Positions 16,867 to 25,057 of a DNA stretch of 64,000 nucleotides are shown here, piece after piece. The stretch is from an uncultured Gammaproteobacteria bacterium (GTDB lineage Bacteria; Patescibacteriota; Patescibacteriia; Magasanikbacterales; GWA2-37-8): the NCBI GenBank assembly GCA_964482695.1, contig CAYZYP010000001.1, forward strand, positions 68,143-132,142, read 5' to 3'. Every line of letters starts with the position of its first letter. Within the stretch, counting starts at the first letter, position 1. A program made the translations under genes and the position numbers. Below the pieces are notes generated by a model, which was not told the DNA's origin, did not search any database, and was given only the letters and a program-made list of their open reading frames with translations.

Positions 16867-19587
16867 ATGCCAGAATTAGCCAAAGCTTACGAGCCGCAAA
16901 AATACGAAGATAGAATATATAAACGCTGGGAAGAAAGCGGGTTTTTTAATCCGGATGTTTGTGTTGAGCATGGTGTTTGTAAAAAAGACGCCAATTCTTT
17001 TACTATTATTTTGCCACCACCTAATGTTACCGGTACTTTGCATATGGGCCATGCCGCCATGTTGGCCATAGAAGATGTCATGGTTCGTTATCACCGTATG
17101 AAGGGCGAAAAAACACTGTGGCTCCCGGGCACGGATCACGCGGCTATTGCCACGCAAACCAAAGTAGAAAAACTTTTGATAGCTAAGGGGATGAAAGATC
17201 CGCGTCAAGAATTGGGCAGGGAAAAATTTTTGAGTGAAGTGGATAAATTTGCCAAAGAATCTCACGATATTATAGTTAATCAAACAAAAAAAATTGGTTC
17301 ATCTTTGGATTGGAGCAGGGAAGCGTTTACATTGGATGAAAAGAGAAATTTAGCGGTTAGAACTGTTTTTAAGAAAATGTATGATGATGGTTTGATTTAT
17401 CGCGGTTACCGGATTGTTAATTGGTGTCCACGGTGTCATTCTACTTTGGCTGATGACGAGGTGGAGTATAAACCTGCTAAAACAAAATTGTATTGGATAA
17501 AATACGGTCCTTTTATTTTGGCGACAACTCGTCCAGAAACAAAATTGGGCGATACGGCAGTCGCGGTGCATCCGAAAGATAAAAGATATAAAAATATGGT
17601 AGGTAAGAAGTATATGATACCTGGGGTGTTGGGTGAATTTGAAGTCATAGTGGTGGCCGACGAAGCAGTGGATATGGAATTTGGCACGGGAGTCATTAAA
17701 GTTACGCCATACCATAGTTTTGCTGATTACGATATAGCTCAGAGACAACATTTAGTAGGCAAACAGATTATTGATGAGGATGGTAAAATGATGGCCAATT
17801 GTGGCAAGTATGCTGGCATGAAAACTGAAGAGGCGCGTAAGGTGATCGCAGAAGATATGGAAAAAATGGGTTTAATAGATCGCGTAGATGAAAATTATGA
17901 AAACAGTTTATCTGTTTGTTATCGTTGTGGGCATACAATAGAGCCAATTCCTTCTCGTCAATGGTTTATAGATGTTAATAAAGAATTTAAAATAGCAGAT
18001 AGTAAACTGCAAAATATTAAAAAAGGGCAGAAAGTGACTTTGAAAAAGTTAATGCAAGTAGTGGTAAAAAGCAATCAGATAGAAATTATTCCAGATAGGT
18101 TTAATAAAACATATTTTAGTTGGATAAATAATTTACGCGATTGGTGTATATCTAGACAAATTTGGTATGGTCACAGAATCCCAGTGTGGTATAAAGATGA
18201 AGAAATTTTTGTTGGTACAGAAGCGCCCGCGGAAGATGGTTGGAAACAAGATCCAGATACTTTAGACACTTGGTTTAGCTCTGGGCTTTGGACTTTTTCT
18301 ACTCTTGGTTATCCGGATTTAAATTCAACAGATTTAAAAAATTATCACCCAACCTCGGTTTTAGAAACTGGTTATGACATCTTATTTTTCTGGGTGGCTA
18401 GAATGATACTCATGACAACTTACGTTTTAGGCGACATTCCTTTTAAAAAAGTATATTTGCATGGATTGGTTCGAGATGAAAAAGGGCAAAAAATGAGCAA
18501 GTCCTTGGGCAACGTGATTGACCCATTGGATATGATAAAAAAGTATGGCGCGGATGCCACCAGATTGTCATTACTTGTTGGTACCACGCCAGGCAATGAC
18601 ATGAAGCTATCCGAAGAAAAAATCGCTGGTTTTAGGAATTTTGCCAATAAGTTGTGGAATATTAGTAGATTTATTTTATTAAATATAGATAAGCCACAAA
18701 GTAAATTAGATAGCCCAATACCCAGAACTTTTTTTGATAGATGTATATTGCACCAATTAAACAAACAAGCATCATTTGTCACAAACGATATAGAAGAATT
18801 TAGGCTCTCCGCCGCGGGTGAAAGACTGAGAGCTTTTACTTGGAATATTTTAGCTGATTGGTATTTGGAGATAGCTAAGATAGAGGGAAATAAATCTGAA
18901 ATATTAAATTATATTTTAAATAGTCTGCTTAAATTATGGCATCCATTCATGCCTTTTGTAACCGAAGCGATTTGGCAAGAGATTTATGGGAAAGAAAATA
19001 TATTAATGATCCAGTCTTGGGTTGATGTATTTAATGTTGAAACTACTGTTAATAATAAAAATGAACCAATTGCAAGATGGCCGAAAGTTGGTAGCCAGCA
19101 GGCATTGGAGATGTTTGATTTGGATGAAGGGTGGAATATTATTATAGGAGTAATTGGACATATTAGAAAGTTGCGCGCTGATTATAAAATAGAGCCAGCC
19201 AAAAAATTAAACGTGGTAATTAACGCTGGCAAAAAGATCGGCTTATTAAAAGAAAACGAAGCAGTTATCAAAGGTTTGGCCAGATTAGAGAGTGTTAAGA
19301 TAGAAGAAAAAATAGCTAAGCCAAAAAATTCCATTGGCTTTGTTGAAAGTGGTATAGAGGTGTATATTGATCTAGAGGGGGTTGTTGATGCGGGAAAAGA
19401 ACAGAAAAGGTTAGAAAAAGAAATAGTGGAATTAAAAAAATATACTGGTAATTTAGAAAAAAAATTAACTAATAAAGAATTTATTAAAAACGCGCCAAAG
19501 GAAATTATAGAAAAAGAAAAACAAAAGTTAAGCGAAGCCCAAGAAAAGTTAGAAAAATTACAAAAACAATTAACAGATTTAAAATAG
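16867..19587 (+). CDS. valS: Valine-tRNA ligase
   Basis: PPPNVTGTLHMGH, WCISRQ, KMSKS, C-terminal coiled coil. Likely start MPELAKAYEP. Confidence 0.97.
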   Translation: MPELAKAYEPQKYEDRIYKRWEESGFFNPDVCVEHGVCKKDANSFTIILPPPNVTGTLHMGHAAMLAIEDVMVRYHRMKGEKTLWLPGTDHAAIATQTKVEKLLIAKGMKDPRQELGREKFLSEVDKFAKESHDIIVNQTKKIGSSLDWSREAFTLDEKRNLAVRTVFKKMYDDGLIYRGYRIVNWCPRCHSTLADDEVEYKPAKTKLYWIKYGPFILATTRPETKLGDTAVAVHPKDKRYKNMVGKKYMIPGVLGEFEVIVVADEAVDMEFGTGVIKVTPYHSFADYDIAQRQHLVGKQIIDEDGKMMANCGKYAGMKTEEARKVIAEDMEKMGLIDRVDENYENSLSVCYRCGHTIEPIPSRQWFIDVNKEFKIADSKLQNIKKGQKVTLKKLMQVVVKSNQIEIIPDRFNKTYFSWINNLRDWCISRQIWYGHRIPVWYKDEEIFVGTEAPAEDGWKQDPDTLDTWFSSGLWTFSTLGYPDLNSTDLKNYHPTSVLETGYDILFFWVARMILMTTYVLGDIPFKKVYLHGLVRDEKGQKMSKSLGNVIDPLDMIKKYGADATRLSLLVGTTPGNDMKLSEEKIAGFRNFANKLWNISRFILLNIDKPQSKLDSPIPRTFFDRCILHQLNKQASFVTNDIEEFRLSAAGERLRAFTWNILADWYLEIAKIEGNKSEILNYILNSLLKLWHPFMPFVTEAIWQEIYGKENILMIQSWVDVFNVETTVNNKNEPIARWPKVGSQQALEMFDLDEGWNIIIGVIGHIRKLRADYKIEPAKKLNVVINAGKKIGLLKENEAVIKGLARLESVKIEEKIAKPKNSIGFVESGIEVYIDLEGVVDAGKEQKRLEKEIVELKKYTGNLEKKLTNKEFIKNAPKEIIEKEKQKLSEAQEKLEKLQKQLTDLK

Positions 19588-19590
19588 TAT

Positions 19591-20793
19591 ATGAAAATAA
19601 ATACCGACAATCAAAAAATAGAAGAAGTTTTAACTCGTTCAATTGACACAATTTATCCAAGTAAAAAAGATTTTACAGAGATGTTAAAATCCGGCAAACA
19701 GTTACGTGTATACATGGGTATAGATCCAACTGCTACTTATGCTCATTTGGGCCACGCTACTAACTATATTATTTTGCGTCGCCTCCATGAATTAGGGCAT
19801 AAAATAATTGTTTTAATAGGCGATTTTACCGCTATGATTGGCGACCCGAGCGATAAAAGTTCTCTGCGTCAACGCCTTACCAAAGAACAAGTTCAAGAAA
19901 ACATGAAAACATTTAAAGCGCAAATAGGAAAAATTTTAGATTTTAATAATAAAGAAAATCCAATTGAATTAGCGTTTAATTCTGATTGGTTGGCGAAATT
20001 AACTTTTAGTGACGCCGTTGAATTGGCTTCTCATTTCACTGTCCAACGCATGTTAGAAAGAGATAATTTTGAAAAAAGAATAAAAGAAGAAAAGCCTTTG
20101 TATGTTCATGAATTTTTTTATCCTTTAATGCAAGGTTATGATTCTGTGGCTCTAAATGCCGATGTAGAAATAGGTGGCACAGATCAGACTTTTAATATGT
20201 TAGCTGGCCGTACTTTGGTTAAGGCTTATCAAAACAGAGAGAAGGTGGTTATTACCACGACTCTTTTGGAAAACCCGGTTACTGGGGAAAAATTAATGAG
20301 TAAGAGTTTGGGTACTGGCATTGGTTTAGACGAAACGCCAAATGATATGTTTGGCAAAACAATGGCTTTGCCGGACGAAGCCATAATACAGGTATTTATA
20401 GATTGTACTTATTTAAAAATGACAGAAATTAAAGAAATGGAAAAAGCTTTAAAAAGTGGTGCCAATCCGCGTGATTTAAAATTAAAGTTGGCTTATGAAA
20501 TAGTGAAAATGTATCATTCGTCAGAAGACGCTGAAAAAGCTAAAGAATATTTTATTAGCACCTTTAGTAAAAAAGAAATACCAACAGAAATACCAGAAAT
20601 CAAGCCAACAAATTATGATATTATTACAGTGCTGACCGAAGCCAAAATTTGCGCCAGTAAAACCCAAGCACGACAGGTAATAGCGCAAGGCGGAGTAAAG
20701 ATAAATGATAAAAAGATAAATGATATCGCCACTAAAGTTAGCACTGGCGATGTGATACAAAAGGGGAGTAGATGGTTTGTAAAGGTAAAATAA
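19591..20793 (+). CDS. tyrS: Tyrosine-tRNA ligase
   Basis: GIDPT...HLGH, YPLMQGYD, GGTDQ.FN, MSKS, C-terminal S4-like domain. Confidence 0.96.
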   Translation: MKINTDNQKIEEVLTRSIDTIYPSKKDFTEMLKSGKQLRVYMGIDPTATYAHLGHATNYIILRRLHELGHKIIVLIGDFTAMIGDPSDKSSLRQRLTKEQVQENMKTFKAQIGKILDFNNKENPIELAFNSDWLAKLTFSDAVELASHFTVQRMLERDNFEKRIKEEKPLYVHEFFYPLMQGYDSVALNADVEIGGTDQTFNMLAGRTLVKAYQNREKVVITTTLLENPVTGEKLMSKSLGTGIGLDETPNDMFGKTMALPDEAIIQVFIDCTYLKMTEIKEMEKALKSGANPRDLKLKLAYEIVKMYHSSEDAEKAKEYFISTFSKKEIPTEIPEIKPTNYDIITVLTEAKICASKTQARQVIAQGGVKINDKKINDIATKVSTGDVIQKGSRWFVKVK

Positions 20794-20799
20794 TTTTCT

Positions 20800-22641
20800 A
20801 TGTCTCTAATTAAAGCAGAAATTATAAAAATATTAAACAAAGCTGGCGTAAAAGGCGAATTTGAATTAGTAGTTCCTCCAAAATCAGAGATGGGTGATTT
20901 TTCGTTTGCCTGTTTTGAACTAGCAAAAGCAGAGAAGAAAAATCCGGTAGAAGTGGCAAAAGAAATAGTAAAAACCGTAGGGGCAGGTCGTGACCTGCCC
21001 GTACAAATATTAGAAAAAATCACAGCCATTGGCCCATACGTCAATTTCTATTTAAACAGTGCCGCAATAGCCGAAGTGGTATTAAAAGAAGTTAAAGATA
21101 AAAATTTTGGTAAAAGTAAAATTGGCGATAAGAAGAAAATAATGGTGGAATTCGCGCATCCTAACACTCACAAAGCGTTTCATATTGGCCATTTACGCAA
21201 CGCGATTACTGGCGAAAGCATGGTGCGAATTTTGGAAAATGCCGGTTACAAAGTAGTTAGGGCAAATTATCAAGGCGACGTGGGAATGCATATCGCGAAA
21301 TGTTTGTGGGGAATTTGGCATAATAATTTTTGTCATTCCGAGGAGCGAAGCGACGAGGAATCTCTGTCTCAAAAAATGTTAAGACAGAGATCCCTCGCTG
21401 CGGCTCGGGATGACAAATTGGAAACCATTGACGACAAAGTAAAATTTTTGGGTGAAGCGTACGTGCGAGGGAGTACGGCATTTGAAGAAGATGAAAAAGT
21501 TAAAGAGGAAATTATAGAAATAAACGATAAAATATATTCACAAGATAAAAGTATTAAAGAATTATACAAAACAACTAGAAAATGGAGTTTGGCATATTTT
21601 GATAAAATATATAAGCGGTTGGGGACGCGTTTTGATCGTTTATATTTTGAATCAGAAACATTTAAAAAAGGCAAAGAAATTGTCTTAAAATTTTTATCCA
21701 AAGGCGTGTTTATTGTTGGTGAAGGCGGGGCAATTGTTTTTGAAGGTTCCAAATACGGCTTGCACGACCGAGTGTTTGTCAATAGCAAAGGTTTTCCAAC
21801 TTATGAAGCAAAAGATTTGGCTTTGGCGGAATTGCAATTTAAAGAATATAAGCCAGAGATGATTTTGCATTTGGTGGCCAAAGAGCAGACCGAATATTTT
21901 AAAGTAATGTTTAAGTCTTTGGAATTTACTTTCCCCAAAAGCAAAGAGCGAGAAAAACATTTAGAATATGGCTGGGTAAGTTTAAAAGAAGGCAAAATGA
22001 GTTCACGTACCGGGCAAGTGGTATTAGGAGAATGGTTGCTTGATGAAGTAAAAAATAAAATTGCTGAAATAATGAAAGATAATAAATTTTCTGATAAAGA
22101 AAAAGTGATAGAAAAAATAGCTATCGCGGCAGTAAAGTATTCCATGTTAAAAACTGGCGTTAGAAATGATATTAAATTTGATTTTAATGAATCAATTAGT
22201 TTAACAGGTGATTCCGGACCGTATCTACTGTATATCGTGGCGAGAATAAATAGCATTTTGGCAAAAAGTCAAAATGTGGATTGTCATTCCGAACCCCGAC
22301 TAAGTCGGGGTGAGGAAGCTCTGCCCCAAAAAACATTAAGACAGAGATCCCTCGCTGTGGCTCGGGATGACAAGAAAACATTGTTAGAAAAAAGTCTTTT
22401 GTTGCACTTGTCTGAATTTTCAACAATAACAAAATTAGCGGCCGAGAGTTTTGACCCATCTAAAATCGCTAAATACTTGTTGGATTTAGCGCAAAAATTT
22501 AATGAATTTTACAGCCAATGTCCAATACTCCAAGCCGAAGAAGAAACACAAAAGTTTCGGTTACGGTTAATTAAAGAGGTTAGGCAGGTAATGGAAAGGG
22601 GATTATATTTATTGGGGATAGAGACGGTAAAAGAAATGTAA
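20800..22641 (+). CDS. argS: Arginine-tRNA ligase carrying three in-frame palindromic insertions
   Basis: GPYVNF, HPNTHKAFHIGHLRN, GKMSSRTG, GDSGPYLLY..ARINSIL, GL.LLGI...EM terminus. Confidence 0.96.
   Translation: MSLIKAEIIKILNKAGVKGEFELVVPPKSEMGDFSFACFELAKAEKKNPVEVAKEIVKTVGAGRDLPVQILEKITAIGPYVNFYLNSAAIAEVVLKEVKDKNFGKSKIGDKKKIMVEFAHPNTHKAFHIGHLRNAITGESMVRILENAGYKVVRANYQGDVGMHIAKCLWGIWHNNFCHSEERSDEESLSQKMLRQRSLAAARDDKLETIDDKVKFLGEAYVRGSTAFEEDEKVKEEIIEINDKIYSQDKSIKELYKTTRKWSLAYFDKIYKRLGTRFDRLYFESETFKKGKEIVLKFLSKGVFIVGEGGAIVFEGSKYGLHDRVFVNSKGFPTYEAKDLALAELQFKEYKPEMILHLVAKEQTEYFKVMFKSLEFTFPKSKEREKHLEYGWVSLKEGKMSSRTGQVVLGEWLLDEVKNKIAEIMKDNKFSDKEKVIEKIAIAAVKYSMLKTGVRNDIKFDFNESISLTGDSGPYLLYIVARINSILAKSQNVDCHSEPRLSRGEEALPQKTLRQRSLAVARDDKKTLLEKSLLLHLSEFSTITKLAAESFDPSKIAKYLLDLAQKFNEFYSQCPILQAEEETQKFRLRLIKEVRQVMERGLYLLGIETVKEM
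20977..21004 (+). repeat. GTAG-type REP-like palindrome inside argS
   Basis: GTAG + GGGCAGGTC-GT-GACCTGCCC + GTAC; perfect 9-bp GC-rich stem in an AT-rich gene. Confidence 0.75.
21331..21415 (+). repeat. Palindromic element (family A), in-frame copy 2 in argS
   Basis: TGTCATTCCGAGGAGCGAAGCGACGAGGAATCTCTGTCT...AGACAGAGATCCCTCGCTGCGGCTCGGGATGACA; encodes CHSEERSDEESLSQKMLRQRSLAAARDDK. Confidence 0.92.
22282..22372 (+). repeat. Palindromic element (family A), in-frame copy 3 in argS
   Basis: TGTCATTCCGAA[CCCCGACTAAGTCGGGG]TGAGGAAG...GACAGAGATCCCTCGCTGTGGCTCGGGATGACA; encodes CHSEPRLSRGEEALPQKTLRQRSLAVARDDK. Confidence 0.92.
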
Positions 22642-22668
22642 AACCACGGATTTTTACGTGGTTTTTTT
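22641..22668 (+). terminator. Intrinsic terminator after argS
   Basis: AAAACCACG...CGTGGTTTTTTT. Confidence 0.7.
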
Positions 22669-22675
22669 ATCCACA
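22667..22675 (+). promoter_or_regulatory. Consensus DnaA box
   Basis: Perfect TTATCCACA upstream of the putative TA operon. Confidence 0.5.
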
Positions 22676-22739
22676 GAAGGTATACTTTACAGTGTAACTA
22701 ATGAGGTGTACTGTACCATTAAATGGATTGACCATAGAT

Positions 22740-22934
22740 ATGACCAAAGCAGACAGTATTGAACGTTTGGTGATAAAAATCCCCAAAAGCGTGGCGGATT
22801 ATTTTCGTAGTGCTTTTCCGCACGGCAAACGCAGTGAGTTTTTAGCCAAATGTATTTTGGATTATAAACACCAAGAGGAAATAAAACAGATGGAAGATGA
22901 TTTGCGAGAGGCGGCAAAAAATAGACAAGAATAG
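22740..22934 (+). CDS. Putative antitoxin (ribbon-helix-helix-like small protein)
   Basis: 64 aa; beta-strand ERLVIKIP followed by helices, with G.RSEF; stop 1 nt before the PemK-like gene. Confidence 0.6.
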   Translation: MTKADSIERLVIKIPKSVADYFRSAFPHGKRSEFLAKCILDYKHQEEIKQMEDDLREAAKNRQE

Positions 22935-22935
22935 T

Positions 22936-23304
22936 ATGAATCATGATATAGAAAAAATGTATTGTGGAGTAATAAATCGCGGGGATATTTTTGTCTGTGA
23001 ATATGAGAAAAAACAATTAGAAGTAGTTGTTTTGCAAGATGGTATTTTAAATAGTAGTTTGCCAACCGTTGTCTGCGCTCTTGCTAGGTCTATTGCCAAA
23101 GATGAAAAATTTTTTCCTAACGAAGTTTTATTACAAGCCAAAGAAACATTATTTATCGCAGATTATATTTGTCAGTTGCACAAAATAATAACAATAGACA
23201 GAAGAGCGATGTTAAAAAAAATAGGCAAGGTAAGCGAAGAAAAGTTAAAAAGTATTTATAAAGCGTTGGATGTGAATTTGGGGAGGTTTCGGGATAGAAA
23301 TTAA
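22936..23304 (+). CDS. PemK/MazF-family toxin-like protein
   Basis: RGDIF...VVVLQ..ILN..LPTVV...I.TIDR..L.KIGKVSEE.L..I..AL...LG pattern. Confidence 0.75.
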   Translation: MNHDIEKMYCGVINRGDIFVCEYEKKQLEVVVLQDGILNSSLPTVVCALARSIAKDEKFFPNEVLLQAKETLFIADYICQLHKIITIDRRAMLKKIGKVSEEKLKSIYKALDVNLGRFRDRN

Positions 23305-23320
23305 TTTAAAAACACGCGCA

Positions 23321-23456
23321 AATGTTATTCATTGCGCCAGCGGTCAGTATATATTTTAAAAGAAAAAAACAGTTATCCGTTTGCCTTTTTGCCTTTCGGC
23401 AAAAAGTTTTCCGACTACTTTTTTCTTTTAAAATATATACTGACCGCTGGCGAATC
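23321..23456. repeat. Long hairpin element (family B), copy 1
   Basis: Perfect 34-bp inverted repeat 23335-23368/23419-23452 (CGCCA...TGGCG) with inner CTTTTTGCC-TTTC-GGCAAAAAG. Confidence 0.85.
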
Positions 23457-23654
23457 GTAAAAAAGATAATATTTTTATTTGCTCTTTAAAATCAAAATAT
23501 ATTTTGGGCGAGTTGCCCTTGTTTTTGTTTGTTTTGACGTTTTTGGTAACGTCTTTTTTGTTGATGTGGGTTTTAAGCAGATAAAGACAAGGGTAATGGT
23601 GCCCTTTTTTATTTTTTTCCAAGAGCCCACCAAATGGGCGGAAGGAGTTGATTC

Positions 23655-24956
23655 ATGGACACCAACCATGGAAACCCCACCCGCCCGGGGAAATGGGCGA
23701 AAATTCCGCGTGTGGCCTTTGTGGCTCACGCGTTATTGCCCGGCTATAGCTCCACGGCGCTGATTGAACAGCGCTTGCATGAGCTTGGCCGGGACTGCTG
23801 GCCTGGATCTGGCGAGGATCCGGGTTGGATAAAATGGTTTAGTTTTCCTGTCTGCCCCCCGTCGCAGTCTAGCGGCCAGCCGATCTGGGTTGACTTTTAC
23901 GTCATCCCAGTGTTGGCGCCACGGTTTCTTAAAGCCGTGGTGGCTGGGCAGGCATACAATTGGGCCGAGGAAGTGGCACTCGCCGCCATTTCCGAAGCCC
24001 AAGCCGATGGAGTTGAACTGACCCTGGGTTGGGGTGCTCTGACCAAGTTGGCCACTAATCACGGCCAGCTGTTTCTGGAAAAGCACCCCGAACTTAGTGG
24101 GCAGTTTAATTCTACACACGGTGATGCCGGCACCGCCCTGTTGGTAACAGAGGGTTTGATGCGGGCGGGCGTGGAGCCCGGTTGTCGTGTTGCCGTGATG
24201 GGCGCCAATGGCGCCATCGGCGACGCGGTGAGCCGGGTAATCACCACAGTAATTCAGCCGGAGAGTATTCTCTTGGTCGGCAAGGCGGACCGACCGGGAG
24301 AGACAAAAAATCTCTCCAGGCTGGAGGAACTCAAGTCGCGGGTGCGAGGTCATGTCCGCGGTGGAGCCACTGAGGTGGCCATTCACCAGGATAAGACACG
24401 CGCTTGCCGCGATCATCGCAGCGATGTGGTGGTCGTGGCGACCACCGGCATGGATCTCTCTCCGAGAGAAGTGCCGGTGGGGGCGCTGGTTATGGATATG
24501 ACCACGCCCGCTGCTTGCCAGCTTGACCCGAGCTGGGGCGGTCATCTAGTTTTGACCGCCGGATGCGGGGAATTCTCTCCCGAGGTTCTGCCCTCGGGGT
24601 TTGGAAATATAGGCGGCCGCCGACTGATTGATGCCGGCGCCGGTGGTCCTCGAATCATCTGGGGCTGTACGGGCGAAACCATCGCCCGGGCGGTCTTCGG
24701 ATGGCGAGGCCATTTGGCCGGGACGGCGATTCCCATGGACGCTCTGGAGTGGTGTTCTGACCACTTCGAGCGTCTGGGATTAGTCTCCCAGCCGCCTCTG
24801 AGTTTTAACAACCCAATCAGTTGGTCGCGCGTGCGAGAATTTGTCCAATTCTCGCGGTCGGCGCGGCCGCTGAAGGGGTTGATGAGGCGTTCTCCTCCCG
24901 CCAAGGAGGCGCCTATGGATTTGGGCGGCGTTCGCGCCGTCCTGTATCCAAAATAA
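23655..24956 (+). CDS. NAD(P)-binding dehydrogenase/reductase, COG5322 / acyl-ACP-reductase-like; high-GC gene
   Basis: AAGGAG SD. Motifs GWGALTK, STHGDAGTA (cf. TTGN..TA), Rossmann VAVMGANGAIG, DVVVVAT, VMDMTTP, WGC.GETI. Confidence 0.65.
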   Translation: MDTNHGNPTRPGKWAKIPRVAFVAHALLPGYSSTALIEQRLHELGRDCWPGSGEDPGWIKWFSFPVCPPSQSSGQPIWVDFYVIPVLAPRFLKAVVAGQAYNWAEEVALAAISEAQADGVELTLGWGALTKLATNHGQLFLEKHPELSGQFNSTHGDAGTALLVTEGLMRAGVEPGCRVAVMGANGAIGDAVSRVITTVIQPESILLVGKADRPGETKNLSRLEELKSRVRGHVRGGATEVAIHQDKTRACRDHRSDVVVVATTGMDLSPREVPVGALVMDMTTPAACQLDPSWGGHLVLTAGCGEFSPEVLPSGFGNIGGRRLIDAGAGGPRIIWGCTGETIARAVFGWRGHLAGTAIPMDALEWCSDHFERLGLVSQPPLSFNNPISWSRVREFVQFSRSARPLKGLMRRSPPAKEAPMDLGGVRAVLYPK

Positions 24957-24957
24957 C

Positions 24958-24994
24958 CGCCCCGCGTGTTCACACCGCGGGGCGTTCTCTTTTT
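24958..24994 (+). terminator. GC-rich intrinsic terminator of the high-GC gene
   Basis: CGCCCCGCG-9 nt-CGCGGGGCG then TTCTCTTTTT. Confidence 0.8.
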
Positions 24995-25009
24995 GTTAGT
25001 ATTTTTTTG

Positions 25010-25018
25010 TGGTATAAT
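25010..25018 (+). promoter_or_regulatory. Extended -10 promoter element
   Basis: TGGTATAAT 40 bp upstream of ATG 25058. Confidence 0.55.
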
Positions 25019-25057
25019 ATTATTATCATTCTTCTTAACTTCGTAATTTTTATTTTC

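Noticed and set aside
21331-22372. argS insertions as inteins or self-splicing introns
   Set aside because: They begin with Cys but are only about 29-31 aa with no His-Asn end, are far too short for group I/II introns, and a homologous copy is intergenic.
23428-23763. Short ORFs between the toxin and the high-GC gene
   Set aside because: Low-complexity, mutually overlapping, and overlapping the hairpin and the next gene; no family signal.
23733-24973. Long antisense/alternate ORFs in the high-GC island
   Set aside because: Expected shadow ORFs in GC-rich DNA; no recognisable motifs.
24821-25057. N-terminal extension of the histidine kinase ORF
   Set aside because: Overlaps the high-GC gene, its terminator and a -10 element; ATG 25058 is more plausible.
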